A DNA stretch of 64,000 nt from Stegostoma tigrinum (GCF_030684315.1 NC_081356.1:16641197-16705196), one strand, 5' to 3'; numbered from the stretch's first letter, positions 49,020-62,503 are shown. The notes: generated by a model not told the origin, from the letters alone. Made by a program: numbers and translations.

Positions 49020-50261
49020 CAGCGCATCTGCTCCCACGATGAGGCATTCCACTCCCGCACATCCCAGATGTCCAAGTTCTACAAGGACCGCAACTCCACC
49101 CCCCCCAAACAGTGGTCGAGAACGCCCTTGACCGCGTCTCCCGCATTTCCCGCAACACATCCCTCACACCCCGCCCCCGCCACAACCGCCCAAAGAGGAT
49201 CCCCCTCGTTCTCACACACCACCCCACCAACCTCCGGATACAACGCGTCATCCTCCGACACTTCCGCCATCTACAATCCGACCCCACCACCCAAGACATT
49301 TTTCCATCCCCACCCGTCTGCTTTCCGAACAGACCACTCTCTCCGTGACTCCCTTGTTCGCTCCACACTGCCCTCCAACCCCACCACACCCAGCACCTTC
49401 TCCTGCAACCGCAGGAAATGCTACACTTGCCCCCACACCTCCTCCCTCACCCCTATCCCAGGCCCCAAGATGACTTTCCACATTAAGCAGAGGTTCACCT
49501 GCACATCTGCCAATGTGGTATACTGCATCCACTATACCCGGTGTGGCTTCCTCTACATTGGGGAAACCAAGCAGAGGCTTGGGGACCGCTTTGCAGAACA
49601 CCTCCGCTCGGTTCGCAATAAACAACTGCACCTCCCAGTGGCAAACCATTTCCACTCCCCCTCCATTCTTTAGACGACATGTCCATCATGGGCCTCCTGC
49701 AATGCCACAATGATGCCACCCGAAGGTTGCAGGAACAGCAACTCATATTCCGCTTGGAACCCTGCAGCCCAATGGTATCAATGTGGACTTCACCAGCTTC
49801 AAAATCTCCCCTTCCCCCACCGCATCCCAAAACCAGTCCAGTTCGTCCCCTCCCCCCACTGCACCACACAACCAGCCCAGCTCTTCCCCTCCACCCACTG
49901 CATCCCAAAACCAGTCCAACCTGTCTCTGCCTCCCTCACCTGTTCTTCCTCTCACCCATCCCTTCCTCCCACCCCAAGCCGCACCTCCATCTCCTACCTA
50001 CTAACCTCATCCCACCTCCTTGACCTGTCCGTCTTCCCTGGACTGACCTATCCCCTCACTACCTCCCCACCTATACTCTCCTCTCCACCTATCTTCTTTA
50101 CTCTCCATCTTCGGTCCGCCTCCCCCTCTCTCCCTATTTATTCCAGAACCCTCTCCCCATCCCCCTCTCTGATGAAGGGTCTAGGCCCGAAACGTCAGCT
50201 TTTGTGCTCCTGAGATGCTGCTGGGCCTGCTGTGTTCATCCAGCCTCACATTTCATTATCT
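49020..50261 (+). mobile_element. Young 5'-truncated Penelope-like retroelement (thumb/linker, GIY-YIG endonuclease, pseudo-LTR with hammerhead core) with 16-bp TSD
   Basis: RIPLVLTHHP, CNRRKCYTC, FTCTSANVVYCI..CGFLYIGETKQRLGDRFAEH, VANHF; tgagttgacatggtag at 49004-49019 and 50262-50277. Confidence 0.93.
50165..50200 (+). ncRNA. Minimal type-I hammerhead ribozyme-like motif (Penelope-associated)
   Basis: CTGATGA (50169-50175), A, stem II GGGT-ctag-GCCC, GAAA, palindromic ACGT, GTC triplet (predicted cleavage after 50196). Local stem I is only 2 bp. Confidence 0.6.
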
Positions 50262-53200
50262 TGAGTTGACATGGTAGGTGTAAGGGAAAATGACAAATCA
50301 GTGGGATGTACGGGTTGTCACTAGGTTGGCCCAGGCGACAGCAAGTTCAAGGGATGTTTTATACTTGTCTTTATATCTTGGACAATGTACCAGTACACTT
50401 CGGCTGGCTTCTGGGACTGAGCCTCTACCCTGTTTCTGGATTTGACTGTTTGATTGATTTGTTGTCACATGTATCAAAGTACAGTAGAAAGCTTTGTTTA
50501 CAAGCAGTACAGGCAGATCACAGTAAGCAAGGTTGTACTGATCAAAAAAAAACTTAGAGGCATGCAGGTTACATTGTACAGGGTGTGTGCTGGGTGAGAT
50601 CAACATTAGCAAGATCAGCATTATTTGATATTACAGAGTCTTTCAATGACTCCCAAGAAAGCTGCAGTTCCAAGACACTTTCTCCTGAGTGTTGTCAAGG
50701 AGCAGGGAATTTTCTTGATGTTGCCCTCCTGATACAAAGCAAATAATGATGTCTTTCTTTGTATTTTGCAAATTATGTAATACTGCTGGAGCAATCCAAT
50801 TGTGATATTTCAGGATATTAGAAGGTTTGATAGACTAGATAGGAAAATATTGTCTGTTAGGTGAATCCAATACAGGGATCAAATGGGAACTAGGTTTTTC
50901 TGTTGAGAAGAATTGCATCTTAATACAATCTTTCCTGAAGGACTACAGTGCCCCTTGATTGTTCATTGCATACCAAACATGACAAGCTACTTGGCTATGT
51001 ATCTGCAGTAAAAGAAGGTGAGTTAAGGCAAGGCAGAGGTGCTGTGAGCATCCAAGCAGGCACAAAGTGCTAAGAAAATGAGCTAAGTGCCTTGAATGCA
51101 GCCTGTTCCAATCCATGAGATGGATGTCTATCCCTACACTTAAAATGACTTGGCAGTAACATTGCAATGAAAAGCATCAGTCAGCTCCAGACTGCAGTAT
51201 TGAAGTACTGAACTATTTTATACATAAGTCCCACTGTGAGATGACAACGTGGTGATACTTGTGCTTTGAAAGTTCCAGCCTCCTTGGATGGAGGGTGCAA
51301 GCAGTTGATGCCTACGTAGTGTGTGTTGAGACATTGGGGAATGTTGTCCAAGACAGAGGAGAGGAGGCTGGTGAACTGCAGCTGCCAGATGCCTATCAGA
51401 TTTCCGTGTTGAGAATTACCACCACCTCATTTCTCTGTGCTGCCTTGGAAAACGGAAAATGGCATATAAGGTGCATTTACTTAATAGTGAGATGTTAACG
51501 CATACAAATAGTCCCCTCACTGCATATGAGCAAGATGCTCACCTAGCCATCAAAACCTTAGCAGAAAATCAAATGTATTTTCCCTGATTCATATCAATCA
51601 GGGCCTGAGGAAATTCAGCTCTCAGACTTTGCTGTGACCAATCGAAGAATGGGTTAGAAAATAGAATCAGTTACTCCTCTGAACTGGATTGTAATGCACA
51701 ATTCAGTAATAATTGTCATTAGCGAAGCAATCAGGACAATCACTCTTCATCAATTAATTGGCTACAGACCACAGCACAAGGAAAATCTCAATACATTTAG
51801 AATTTACTAATTATCAGCCTGTAGAACTCAATACAGGCATGTTTGTTTGAAAGGCATTGTCCTGTTGGTATTATTCCCAATGTTTATGACTGTGCAAATC
51901 AACATAATTCATGTGAAAGTGTTTTGCTGCTTGCAATATGAAAATTGCACATTTGCATGAAATTGCTCATTTTACTTTAACGTCAATTACTACAGGTTCC
52001 TCTAATTTAATTTGTCTGAACCTCTGTGTTAATGCCCTCTGCAAGGTATAATTTTCTTTGTTATAGAGGGCTATATCATCACATGAATACTTACTTAAAA
52101 CCTATATTCAATTACAAGGGGAAAGATTTCCATTTCTCATATTTTAATCAGTTTCCTTAAAACTTTCATAGGAACAGATAGTAGAATAAATGTCTGTCTT
52201 AACTAATTAAATGAGTAATATGAACAGCAGGGTTCAAGTAGCAAAGCCCTTTTTACACTTTATCTTTCAAGCCATGTGATCTAGTGTAATTTGAACTGCT
52301 TTTACAAATTTCAATGAAATCCATTCCGAAATGTCCTTGGCTAACTGGGAAAAATCCGCAGCAGAAAATTTTGCTCAAACTTTTCTATCTCACTCGATCC
52401 GTAAGGAAGACCAATGGCAAAGATGCAGTTTAAGACAGTCTTCAAACACGAGGTTAAAGTGGATACAAAAACTTGATGAATTGCGAAAAAAATTAAATGT
52501 AAATTAATTGTTTTCTGATTTAAAGCTCAAGAGGTCAAAACTGGCATTCTCTTACTTGTGTACTTCAGAGCGCCAGGAATTTGTTTTGGAATGCAGAGAT
52601 TTCACTTATTTAAAGCATTTCCATCTACTCCCACACTCCGATTCCTTCTTTGAATGTTCTTGCCCAATTTCTCCAGCTTGCTCCCTCAGTCTTCCAACTG
52701 TTTGGATTTATTGTCTTTAAATCCAGTATCTTCAGGACATGTCAAAGTAGACAAAGATAAGCTATTACCACTGTTTCGAGAGAATATAACACGGGGGAGT
52801 AGTTCAAAAATTAGGGTGCTACTGTTCAGGAGAGATGTTAGTAAAGATTTCTACACAAAGTAGGGCAGAGGTTTGAAACTCTCTTCTACTAATTGCAGTT
52901 GATCCTAGATCAGTTGTTAAATTTAAATCTTATTTACATAATTCTTTGTTAAGCAAAGGTATTAAGGGATATGGGCCAAAGGCAGGTTTATGGAGTTAGG
53001 CCACAGATCAGCCACAATGTCATTGAACAGCACAACAGGCTTGAGGGGTTGAATGGTCGACACCTGTTCCTGTGTTCAAATGCTTGCCTTCATATTCACC
53101 ATACTTCTAACCTCTCCTCTCCCTCTCCCCACCAAACCCCATCAGTGCAGGATCTCCAATTCTCGTCAAGTCAAACTAAAACAAAATAACTGAGTAATAG

Positions 53201-55895
53201 TCCCGTTGTTGCAATTCAGAGGAAAAAAAGTAACCCATCATTATACTAAAACTAATTTTACATTACAAAGTAAGCCTAGGAAGACAGCTGCAGAAGCAGC
53301 AGGAGTATAAATGCAGGGACACAGGTCATCTGGTTGGAAGCTCTGACACAAAGATGGAATGAGACTTGTATGCCAGTCAGCTGAGACAATGTAAAAACAT
53401 CTCTCCTGTAGGTCATGGGGAAGGGTGCCAGGAAGTTTTCCTGGATCAGTACCACTGGCTAGCATTACCCAATGCCAAAACAAATTAGCTCAAATCGATT
53501 AAATTTGATTCTGAGAGAGTAGATAAAAATGGGCATAATAAATTAGATGTTATTTTCTGGTTAAGCTAGAAGGGTTAGTGCACAACACTGAAATTGGCAG
53601 ATTTAGTCAAAACACAGTGTAAATAATTCATGGCTTGGAACCGTTGTGTAATTAATGTACTGTGACATTCAAAATACACACAAACTTCATGTCAGCTTTT
53701 TTTATTGTTCCAGAATTTTTTTATTGTAAACATTGTAAGAGACTGAACTTAAAATTGGAACAAACTATTATTTTATGTTTTGACTTAATTAATAGTTTTA
53801 AGGAATAAACAAATGTACCTGCAAAGCAGACAAATTACAGTACAACATTCCAACAAATAATAAGAACACAATGCATCAAGTAATGTACATACTGAATAAA
53901 ATGGGAAAATTTCAACCTGCTCTTTAAAAAACATACGCTGCATCTAGGATGAGTACTCTTCATCAATATTACCTGTCATTATAGTTACTGATCATAAAAT
54001 GAAGCAACACATACCACAGAATAGGCAATGAACATACATTATGATCAACATAAAAATATATAGAATTGATATGTGTATTTCCCAAAATATAGTTCCCATA
54101 TAATTGTGCCCAACGGTCTTCTATTTTAGAACTATTATAAGAAAACATATGCCAATTGGACAAAATAAATAATATATAACTGCAACTTCAAAATGCATTC
54201 CCTGCATTTCTGTATTAAAACATCAAGATTCATGCAATGTTGTAGTTTATCGTCAAAAGGTACTTTGACTTCTGTTGACATTCAGAAAGCAGGTAATGAA
54301 TTTTGACATCATATATCATTCAGAATCACAAAATCACAAGTACAATTACAGTTAAGATTTGACCCAACATAAAATATACAAAAATATTTCCAAGAAAATG
54401 CTCTGGTAATTAAAGCAACCACCATCATTATGGATTAATCTTTTCTTAATAGCAGCATTTCCAGCATTGACTGAATGGAGTACAGTTTTCTATTATCACG
54501 ATAGAATTCTCTTGCGGTGCTATCGTTTAGGGGGCCTGACACCTTGAATGAATGGTCATGGTTGAGTTCTTAAGGGGGGGACTCACATGCCAATTCATTT
54601 GACACCTTTCCATCAAATCAGAGCAACATACAATTGTTTTAGAAACGCCTTGACTGTACTATTTTGCACAGCTCTAGTGCTTTTGTGAAGATAAGTAACC
54701 AAATAAATAATGCGCTGTAAGGGAAAAAGCTGTGGAGAAAATGTAAGAATTCCTTAATTTCAAATAAGTACCACACAAAAATCAGTTTCCTCATAATAAT
54801 ATTAATTAAAGTCCTACAAATACAGAAAATTAGGACTGGACTTGAATGATAGCCAGCTACCATTCATAAAGAAAGGGATAGTCTGAATAAATGGTCTAAC
54901 CAAAAGTAGGGTGACGAGCTAATAATGCCATTTTTTAAACTGCAATTGATTTATTGGAAAATAAATCATGAATTCCACTAATATCTCCCGAATATAAACA
55001 TTTAAATATTTTGTATTATATTGTGGTCCCCAATGATCATCTTGAGTCAGTTAAGAAAAGTGAAGTTTTGTACTTGACTTATCTTCTATCCTCATATGTA
55101 TCCCTTATCAGATCCTTTTGTCCTACATCATTCCTTTTGCCACCCTCACCATAATAGGTCTCTTGCTTCTGTTCTTTCCCAGGACACCTGTTCCCTGGCC
55201 CTGTACCAGTTTAAAATTTGTTCATTGCTATAATCTACTCGTTCTCAAGAAAGGCCATCAACATGAAACATGTATTTTATTGTGAAGAGGAATGCAGTTA
55301 ACAATTAACATGAGTTTTTATCAATTCAAAACTTCTCATTCTGTATTGAATGAGTCTGTCATCCAGAAGTCTTGCATTAAAAACATCCTTTGCAAAACAG
55401 GGAAATTACCTGTCAAAGGCTTTAACTAAAACAGTGCCTCAGGGAAATGTTTCAAGTTACCCAACACCATTTAGTTTTTCTGGTGAGAGCAGTGGGGAAT
55501 TATGATGTGGGCCACATCTATTCACAAGAGAAGCCCTGTGTTAGCTTCTCAGTAGCAGGAAAATCTCCCCCATTAAGTTGGAGGGTGGGAGGGGCTAATG
55601 CAGCACTCCTTGCCAACAGCAGTAGAGTATTAATTTGATACATTAATAAAGGAACTGGCGCTTATTAGTCACGAACCCATTACACTTTAGTAGTGGCTTA
55701 GATTAAATGGAGTCCACACTGTTTTCCTGTGCCTTCAGAAGGCTGCCCACCAAACGTTCCTGGCTTTGCCAGTGATCTCCCATGGCAGGGTCCCTCACAC
55801 TTAGTCAATCTCCGACTGTTCAAGGGATCTGGCATTGGAAATGGAGAAGGCCAGCAAAAGCCACCTTCCCCCAGCCTTTCACCTTGTCTGTGACA

Positions 55896-56250
55896 GAATA
55901 CAATCCATAGAATCCCTACAGTGTGGAAGCAGGCCATTCAGCCCATCTGGTCTACACCAACCCACTAAAGAGCACCCCACCCAGACCTACTCTATCCCTG
56001 CAATCATGCATTTCCCATGGCTAATCAACCTAGCCTGCACATCCCTGGACACTATAAGCAATTCCACATGGCCAATCCATCTAACTGTGCACTTTGGACT
56101 GTGGGAGGAAACTGGAGCACACAGAGGAAACCCATGCAAACGTGGGGAGAACGTGCAAACTCCACACAAGCAGTTGGCCGAGGGTGGAATCAAACCCAAG
56201 TCCCTGGTGCTTTGAGGCAACAGAGCTAACCATTGAGCCACTGTGCCACC
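55896..56250 (-). mobile_element. Near full-length HE1 SINE (V-SINE)
   Basis: tRNA head ggcacagtggctcaatggttagc..gggtttgattcc; V-domain tgtgtggagtttgcacgttctcccc..gggtttcctc..cagtttcctcccacagtccaaag; tail gggattctatggatt. Confidence 0.9.
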
Positions 56251-59200
56251 CCTGCCCACCCTGCAAAACACACTTCACTATCACCTCCTATTCAGCCTGG
56301 GCAGCTTCTCAATGCTGGGTCACTGACGGGTGCATTGCAGCCAGCAGTCACAGCTGCTGCTGACATCAATGAGAAGTTATCAGTGTCTGACTGGCCAGCA
56401 ACTCTAAGTGAATCCATTGCCACAGATTGGGTGGGTTTTACTGTGGGCACTTAAGGGTCCAAAGTGCCCTCAATTCCATCAGGCCTTCCCTAAGCAATTG
56501 TTAGGCATTCCACAGAAGTTCTCTGACTGGTTAGCCAGATTTCCAGCATGCTGACAGACATCCTACCCAGCTAAGGAAAGATTTAATGGCAGTTTTCATT
56601 GGGCCCAATCAAATTATGGCTCAAATACAAATGGAAAATGCAGACAAAACCCAGCAGATCTGGAAGTATCTGGGGAAACAGAAACAGAGTTAACATTTCA
56701 GGTTGGTTGCCCTTCATTTTATTTCAAAATTTTCATAATTTGTATTTTGTACTTAGATAATATCTCCTTTTATTGTCGGTCTTGAAAATGCAAACAATTA
56801 ATGCAAATTTTTGGTTCACAGCTATGCCATAAACAGTGGGCCAAACTGAAACCACTCGACCTCAATACAACCTAAAATTCTAAATCATGCAACTCCAAAT
56901 GTTTGTTCTGCAAATTATGTCAATATTTTGAAAGGTCACGCCTATCGCCTTCATTCTAAACTGCCAAAAACCAATGAGGGCAAATCTCCAGGGTTCTAGT
57001 CAGGTTCTGATATGTAGAATATTAAAATATCCACACCACTTCGTGTTCAGTTTTGATTATGAACTGTTAACTAACTAATCATTAATTCCAACTACAAATG
57101 AAAATTTGAAATTTTTTAACAAAAAATTGTTTTTAAACATTGCCTTTAATGTAATAATCCAAAACTGGACACTCAACTGTATAAAGAAATATTAGGTCTG
57201 GTGACTAATAGCTTGGTTTAAAAAAGTAGGATTTAAGGATGGTCTTAAAAGAGGAGAAAGAAAAATATAGAAACAGAGAGGCTTGTAGTGAGAATTTCAG
57301 AACTCGGCGACTATGGATGGACCAATCGTAACTAGGAATGCTCAATTAATTAGGCCTCATTGATTGGGCACTGATGTCAATGGGCATTGTAAGGCTGGAC
57401 GAGGTTATTCGGGTATGGATGAGCAATGCCATGGAGGAATTTGAGACAAAGGGGCAAAGCTTGTCAAGTTAGAGGGTGCCCCCTATGTGTTAGAGAATGA
57501 GCAACAGATCTATGCTGCCTCTTTTTGGGAAAGCTAGTCAATCAGTCGAGGCCTCTCCTTGGAATCTAGACCAGACAGACACAAATCTTGCCTACAGAGA
57601 GCTGTTGGCCAATCACAGGCCAACAGCTTTTATGGTCAGCAGACCTGCTGGGAAGCCTGTTGCACTGCACAAAGATAGGCTCTAGAGTCCCAGGGCCTAG
57701 GAGAGGCCCAAGCCACAAGTGGATAACATCAGGAAGAGTGCCAGTTGCTGAGTGAGGGGAGCAGATGGAGGTTGGAAGCAAGAGTTCCTTGCAAAGAGAC
57801 CAAATGTCTTAGATCTAGGGACCACCATCACCCCCAGAGTTGACAAGTTGGTTGTGTCGTTTTAGCTGCTATGACAACAGGCTGTCCATAGCAGATTTAA
57901 TATCAGTGGTGGTGAACGGAGGTCCTTTCGTGGTCATTAATTTGCCATGTAAGGGATTAATTGGCAGAAGGGCAGCAAAGTCAACCATGGCCTTCTTACT
58001 TAATTACATATCTTTTCTGCCTTAAAACATGAAACCAGAGAGTGGATAAGATTCTCTACAAGGATAGAACTTTGACATTGAGAGACTACTTAACCAGGGC
58101 TCAGCACTGATCGGTGAGTATAGGTTAGGTAGGTGAACAGGGCTTGGTACAATTTAAGAGATACCTTAAAAACAGTCGCCATCTAGATAAATCTATTCTA
58201 TTGGAGCCTAACTCTCACCCATTGAGTAAGAGGAACATCCCAAAATATTTATAGACAATTAAACTTTATCAGCTTTATCTCAAAGTGAATTCAATTATCA
58301 ATATGAAGGCACTGGCCAACTTTGGTAAGATGAAAGCATTAAATTATAACCTTGGTTCATATTGGTGATTTGCTTCTTCCTGTGCATAATCAGAGAAACG
58401 CAGTAGCATTCAACAATGGTATACACAAAGAATACATAGTAAATTCCACTTAGTCAGAACATAATTTGTAGAGGCAGGAAAATTGGATAAAAACCCAGGC
58501 CAAATGTTCCAAAGCAATGCCAATTCCCTAATTATTCTGTTGATTAATGTACTGTTTGGAGTTGATTGGTTATTGTGTTAATTGCACCCATATATAATTT
58601 TTTGATCATGGATCTTGCTATGGCTTTGAGCTAAATTATTGCAGCAGGAGCATTCAAAGCTTTTAACTTCATTACTCACACATAGACATGTTGCACTGCA
58701 GAGCCTCTGGGGCTTAGTAATTTGTATGCATCTTTAACCGCCAAGAACAACAGATCTCAGTAACCTGATTTATAATTTATTTGCCAATGAAGCAGCAGAA
58801 CAAGGTACAGATTGGAAAAAGCTCCAGTACCACAAGATTCAAATTAAACACATAATTGGAGAAAATACGACCAAATTACTGGAATTGGAAGCCTGAATTG
58901 CTCAGTTAGGTGAACTACATACTCATAAGCAGTTACTTGGATCTTGTATTTTTTTAGGTATTAGATAGTTGATTCTCAGATAGAGTTGACAGACTATCAT
59001 AGATTAGTCCATAATAAGTGGTGAACACTTTACAGTCAAACCTATTGCTGCAAATTCATGGACACCAGCATATTAACCATTCCACTAACAATTTCCTTTT
59101 TCAGTAACTAATAAAGGTAATGCTCAGAGACACTTATAGTAAGGCTTCACTGTAATAGAAACAGAAAATGCTGGAAATATATAAGAAGTCCATCAGTAGG

Positions 59201-59359
59201 AAATATAGTACTGTTTTTGATGGTGAGTCTCTATTCCAATGAAAGGTCCCAGCTAAATGTTGACTTATTTGCAAATGTCAAGAAAAACTGTTGCCCTTTC
59301 ATATTTTCTGCATTTACTTCATATGTCTTTTTAAACAATTGAGAATTTTTTGTAATTTT

Positions 59360-59592
59360 CAGAAACTAAAACTGAAGCTGTTGAAAAGCCCAGCAAGTCT
59401 GGCAGCATCTGTGAACAGAAATCAGAGTTGACATTTGGGGTCCAGTTACCTTACCTTAGTTCTGAGGAAGGATCACCGGATCCAAAATATTAACTCTAAT
59501 TTCTCTTCACTGATGCTGCCAGACCTGCTGAGCTTTTTAGCAACTTCTGTTTTTGTTTCTGATTTACAGCATCTGTAGTTCTTTCAGTTTCA
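59360..59592. mobile_element. Fold-back Penelope-like terminal-repeat element
   Basis: aaaagcccagcaagtctggcagcatc..agagttgacatttggggtcc versus ggatccaaaatattaactct..gatgctgccagacctgctgagctttt; decayed CTGAGGA core at 59462. Confidence 0.75.
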
Positions 59593-59765
59593 TCCTTCGA
59601 CTCCAGTTGCAAAACATTCAACTCTCCGCTCATAAAACAATGTTTGAATTTTTTAAAAAAACTGCCTGAATCAGTATCTAACTTTATTGCACCAGCATTT
59701 CCTGCCCACATTCAAGTAAAAAAAGGTTATAAGTGTGATTTTGATAAAGAACAAAATTCTTGACT

Positions 59766-59771
59766 TTTATT
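59766..59771 (-). terminator. Candidate proximal poly(A) signal of the TTC39B-like gene
   Basis: AATAAA on the minus strand ~230 nt past the stop codon. Confidence 0.35.
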
Positions 59772-60003
59772 TTTATACAAGGACATACAGAGTTGAGCAC
59801 ATTTTACAGCACTGTAGAAAAAACCCTGGCTAATCTGTAAGATGAGAATTGGAGGGACATATTACTACATTCAGAATACTTCTAGGACAGCAGATTATGT
59901 CAGCATTATTTTGCTCTAGTTTGTGATTTGTACATCACTCCTACCCGTACACAGGTATTTATTTATTGCAACATACTTCAGGAACTTGATTCTGAGGAAC
60001 AGG

Positions 60004-60100
60004 TCAAGGTGTTGAGGTAGGGGAGTTCTTCAAGCTGTTCAGGGCAGCATGGATCCTAAAATGTAACCTAGATTCCATTGAATAATCTTTGTAGTTATTC
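60004..60100 (-). CDS. TTC39B: Tetratricopeptide repeat protein 39B-like, last coding exon
   Basis: Acceptor cctgcag|G; (K)NNYKDYSMESRLHFRIHAALNSLKNSPTSTP*, matching the TTC39A/B C-terminal NYKDYS.ESRLHFRI motif. Exact paralogue uncertain. Confidence 0.85.
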
Positions 60101-61657
60101 CTGCAGGATAGGGAAAGAAAAGACAGAAATGCATTCAGTGGAAAGCAAGGAAATGAAGAATTACTACTCTTAGTATAGTTAGAGTGCATATATTTTTCCA
60201 TGGCCATTCATACTAAGTGTATTATATACACACATGAAATCTCTCTGGTTTGCAGTACTTCAGATACTTAGATTAAGGAGTAATGACGGTTGAATAACAT
60301 TTGACCTTAAATTGAGGGTTTCATATCCCAAGTAATAGCAATATATTAAACCAGCCAATTTGACAAACTTTGTACTAAAATGACAGCATCAGTAAAATTT
60401 AGTTGGATGAGAAAAGGGTTTTGTTCCATTTATATCATAGGCCAAAGTCCTTTTGACATTCACCCAAAGCAATTTCAAGTTCCAACTCATTTATGAGGAC
60501 AAACATCAAGGAATGTTAAATCAACTATCATAGATTCAGTCTTCCCCCAAATTGTTTGAATCCAGTTGGATCTCCAGACAAAAGTGGCATCTAATGAGGG
60601 AGTGATCCAATATGTTGGGTCAGTGTTCATGTCAGTGGCAGGCCTGGTTTGTTTTTCAAAACCAGGCCCACTGAGTCTGCATGGCCAAGTTGTACGCTGT
60701 AAATGGGCATCCCAGTACAGTGCAATACTAAACAGTTTGGATGGTGACCTGATATGCATAGGATGGAAAAGGAAATTCATGATGATGCGAAGTTCAATGT
60801 TTCTGTCATTTTCTTTAAAATACGCAATATTCCTGTCCACGTTTCCAAAGTCATTGCACATTGGAGCAATTTCTCACATTCAGGTAAATGCAGATTTTCA
60901 TTTTGTAAACGGGATATTATCAGGAATAATAGCCTTCAATGTGTTCAGTGGGCCAAGCCAATTCCTAATCCTATGTAGAATGAATTAAGTTGATTGTACA
61001 TCTGCAAAGGTAGCTTTTGTTTTAAGAGTAGAATGCAATAATAAAAATTAAAATATGTAGTTTTAAATAGGAAAGGTAGATAAATTCAGATCAAAGTAGT
61101 GTACTATCAGACATACCATCCTTGAGTGAAAATTTAAATCACGGACCCATAACTGCTTTCCCCGAAAAGATCCCATGGTACCATATCAAGATCAACAGGG
61201 GTACCCTGGTCAATATTTGGCACTTAATCAACATTACTAAAGCAGATGATGTTATAACTACTTCATTGATGTTTATGGATACTTGCGTCTGTGTGCAAAT
61301 TGATTGCCACTTTTCAATTAATCTTAACAGGGGTTATATTTCAAGAATACTTCACTTGCTATGAAATGTTTTGCAACATCACATAATCGCATGAGTTACT
61401 ATTTGAATGAAAAACTTCTCATTTTCTGTACTGGAGAACAGAGGGCCAGTGGTCAATTCAGATAACAGAGAAAAAAGCCCATTCCAGTTACAAGGTGTAG
61501 AAAGGAATAGGAAATATCTCGATGGCACATTGGAATTCCAGTCTGATTTTTGTTAATCGGTTTATCCCCATGATAGATACAGAAAGAAGAAATGAAAAGC
61601 AATCAATTAATTATCGCTGATTAAGCTGTAAATGTAACATTTTTCTATGGAACTTAC

Positions 61658-61774
61658 TTTGCAGTTTCAAAGTACATTCTGGCTTTATCATTGTGTCCTT
61701 GCTGTTTGTATAACAATCCCATTTCATAAAGAGTAAATGGCACCAAATAATGGTCATATCTTATCCTCTTCTCA
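61658..61774 (-). CDS. TTC39B: TTC39B-like, penultimate coding exon (117 bp)
   Basis: atgtag|T..AA|gtaagt; (S)EKRIRYDHYLVPFTLYEMGLLYKQQGHNDKARMYFETA(K), cf. TTC39B EKLLKYDHYLVPFTLFE. Not in the ORF track. Confidence 0.9.
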
Positions 61775-62425
61775 CTACATAAATAAAACAAAATGCTCAA
61801 ATATTTATAAATACAGCACTGAACACACATTGATCAAGAATGCCAACTTTATCCTGTCCGCATTTTAAAATACTCAAATTGACGCACTGCTCCTAACACT
61901 ACAAAAATCTGAGTCAATTACCATAGTCCCAAATGTCACAGTAAACAAAAGTAAATCAAATGTGTGTGTGTATCGAGAGAGAGAAGTGCAGATACCAGAC
62001 AACCAGAAATCAACATTTTTAAAAATCGGTAGGAATAACACAAATCTAGAGATTCATACTTCTGATTTTTTTTAAATTTACTTTCATCTGTTGATCTCCA
62101 ATAATAGCTTGTCTAATGTTGGACGTCACTATGACTTCAGTCAAAATTAGCATTCTTAAAATTAGATTTTATTGTCACATTTACTCAAGTACAGGAATAC
62201 AGCGAAAAGTGTATAATGTTGCCTTTCCCGGTGCCATCTTAGGTACAAGGTAGAAAAATAAGCGATAAAGTTAGAAGTTAAACATTACAGTCCTTCATGA
62301 TATTAAAGTAGAAAAATAAAGAAATAAAGTTTAAAGCTACACATTACAGTTACAAAGTTTCCATTGGGGTCTACCAGTTTTATTTGCTAATGCTATGCTT
62401 GGAGAAGAACTAAATAAACTTTAGA

Positions 62426-62503
62426 GATACCCTGAGGTCCAGGGAAGACGGACAGGTCAAGGAGGTGGGATGAGGTTGGTAGGTAGGAGATGGAGGTGCG
62501 GCT
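62426..62503 (-). mobile_element. 78-bp insert, mostly an internal Penelope pseudo-LTR piece, with perfect 15-bp TSD
   Basis: taaataaactttaga at 62411-62425 and 62504-62518; insert is the reverse complement of ~49975-50043. Confidence 0.8.

Noticed and set aside
56190-56250. tRNA-like A/B box sequence
   Set aside because: It is the head of an HE1 SINE, not a tRNA gene.
60487-60988. Overlapping 124-aa (-) and 140-aa (+) ORFs
   Set aside because: Intronic to the TTC39B-like gene, with no recognisable homology and no compatible splice path.
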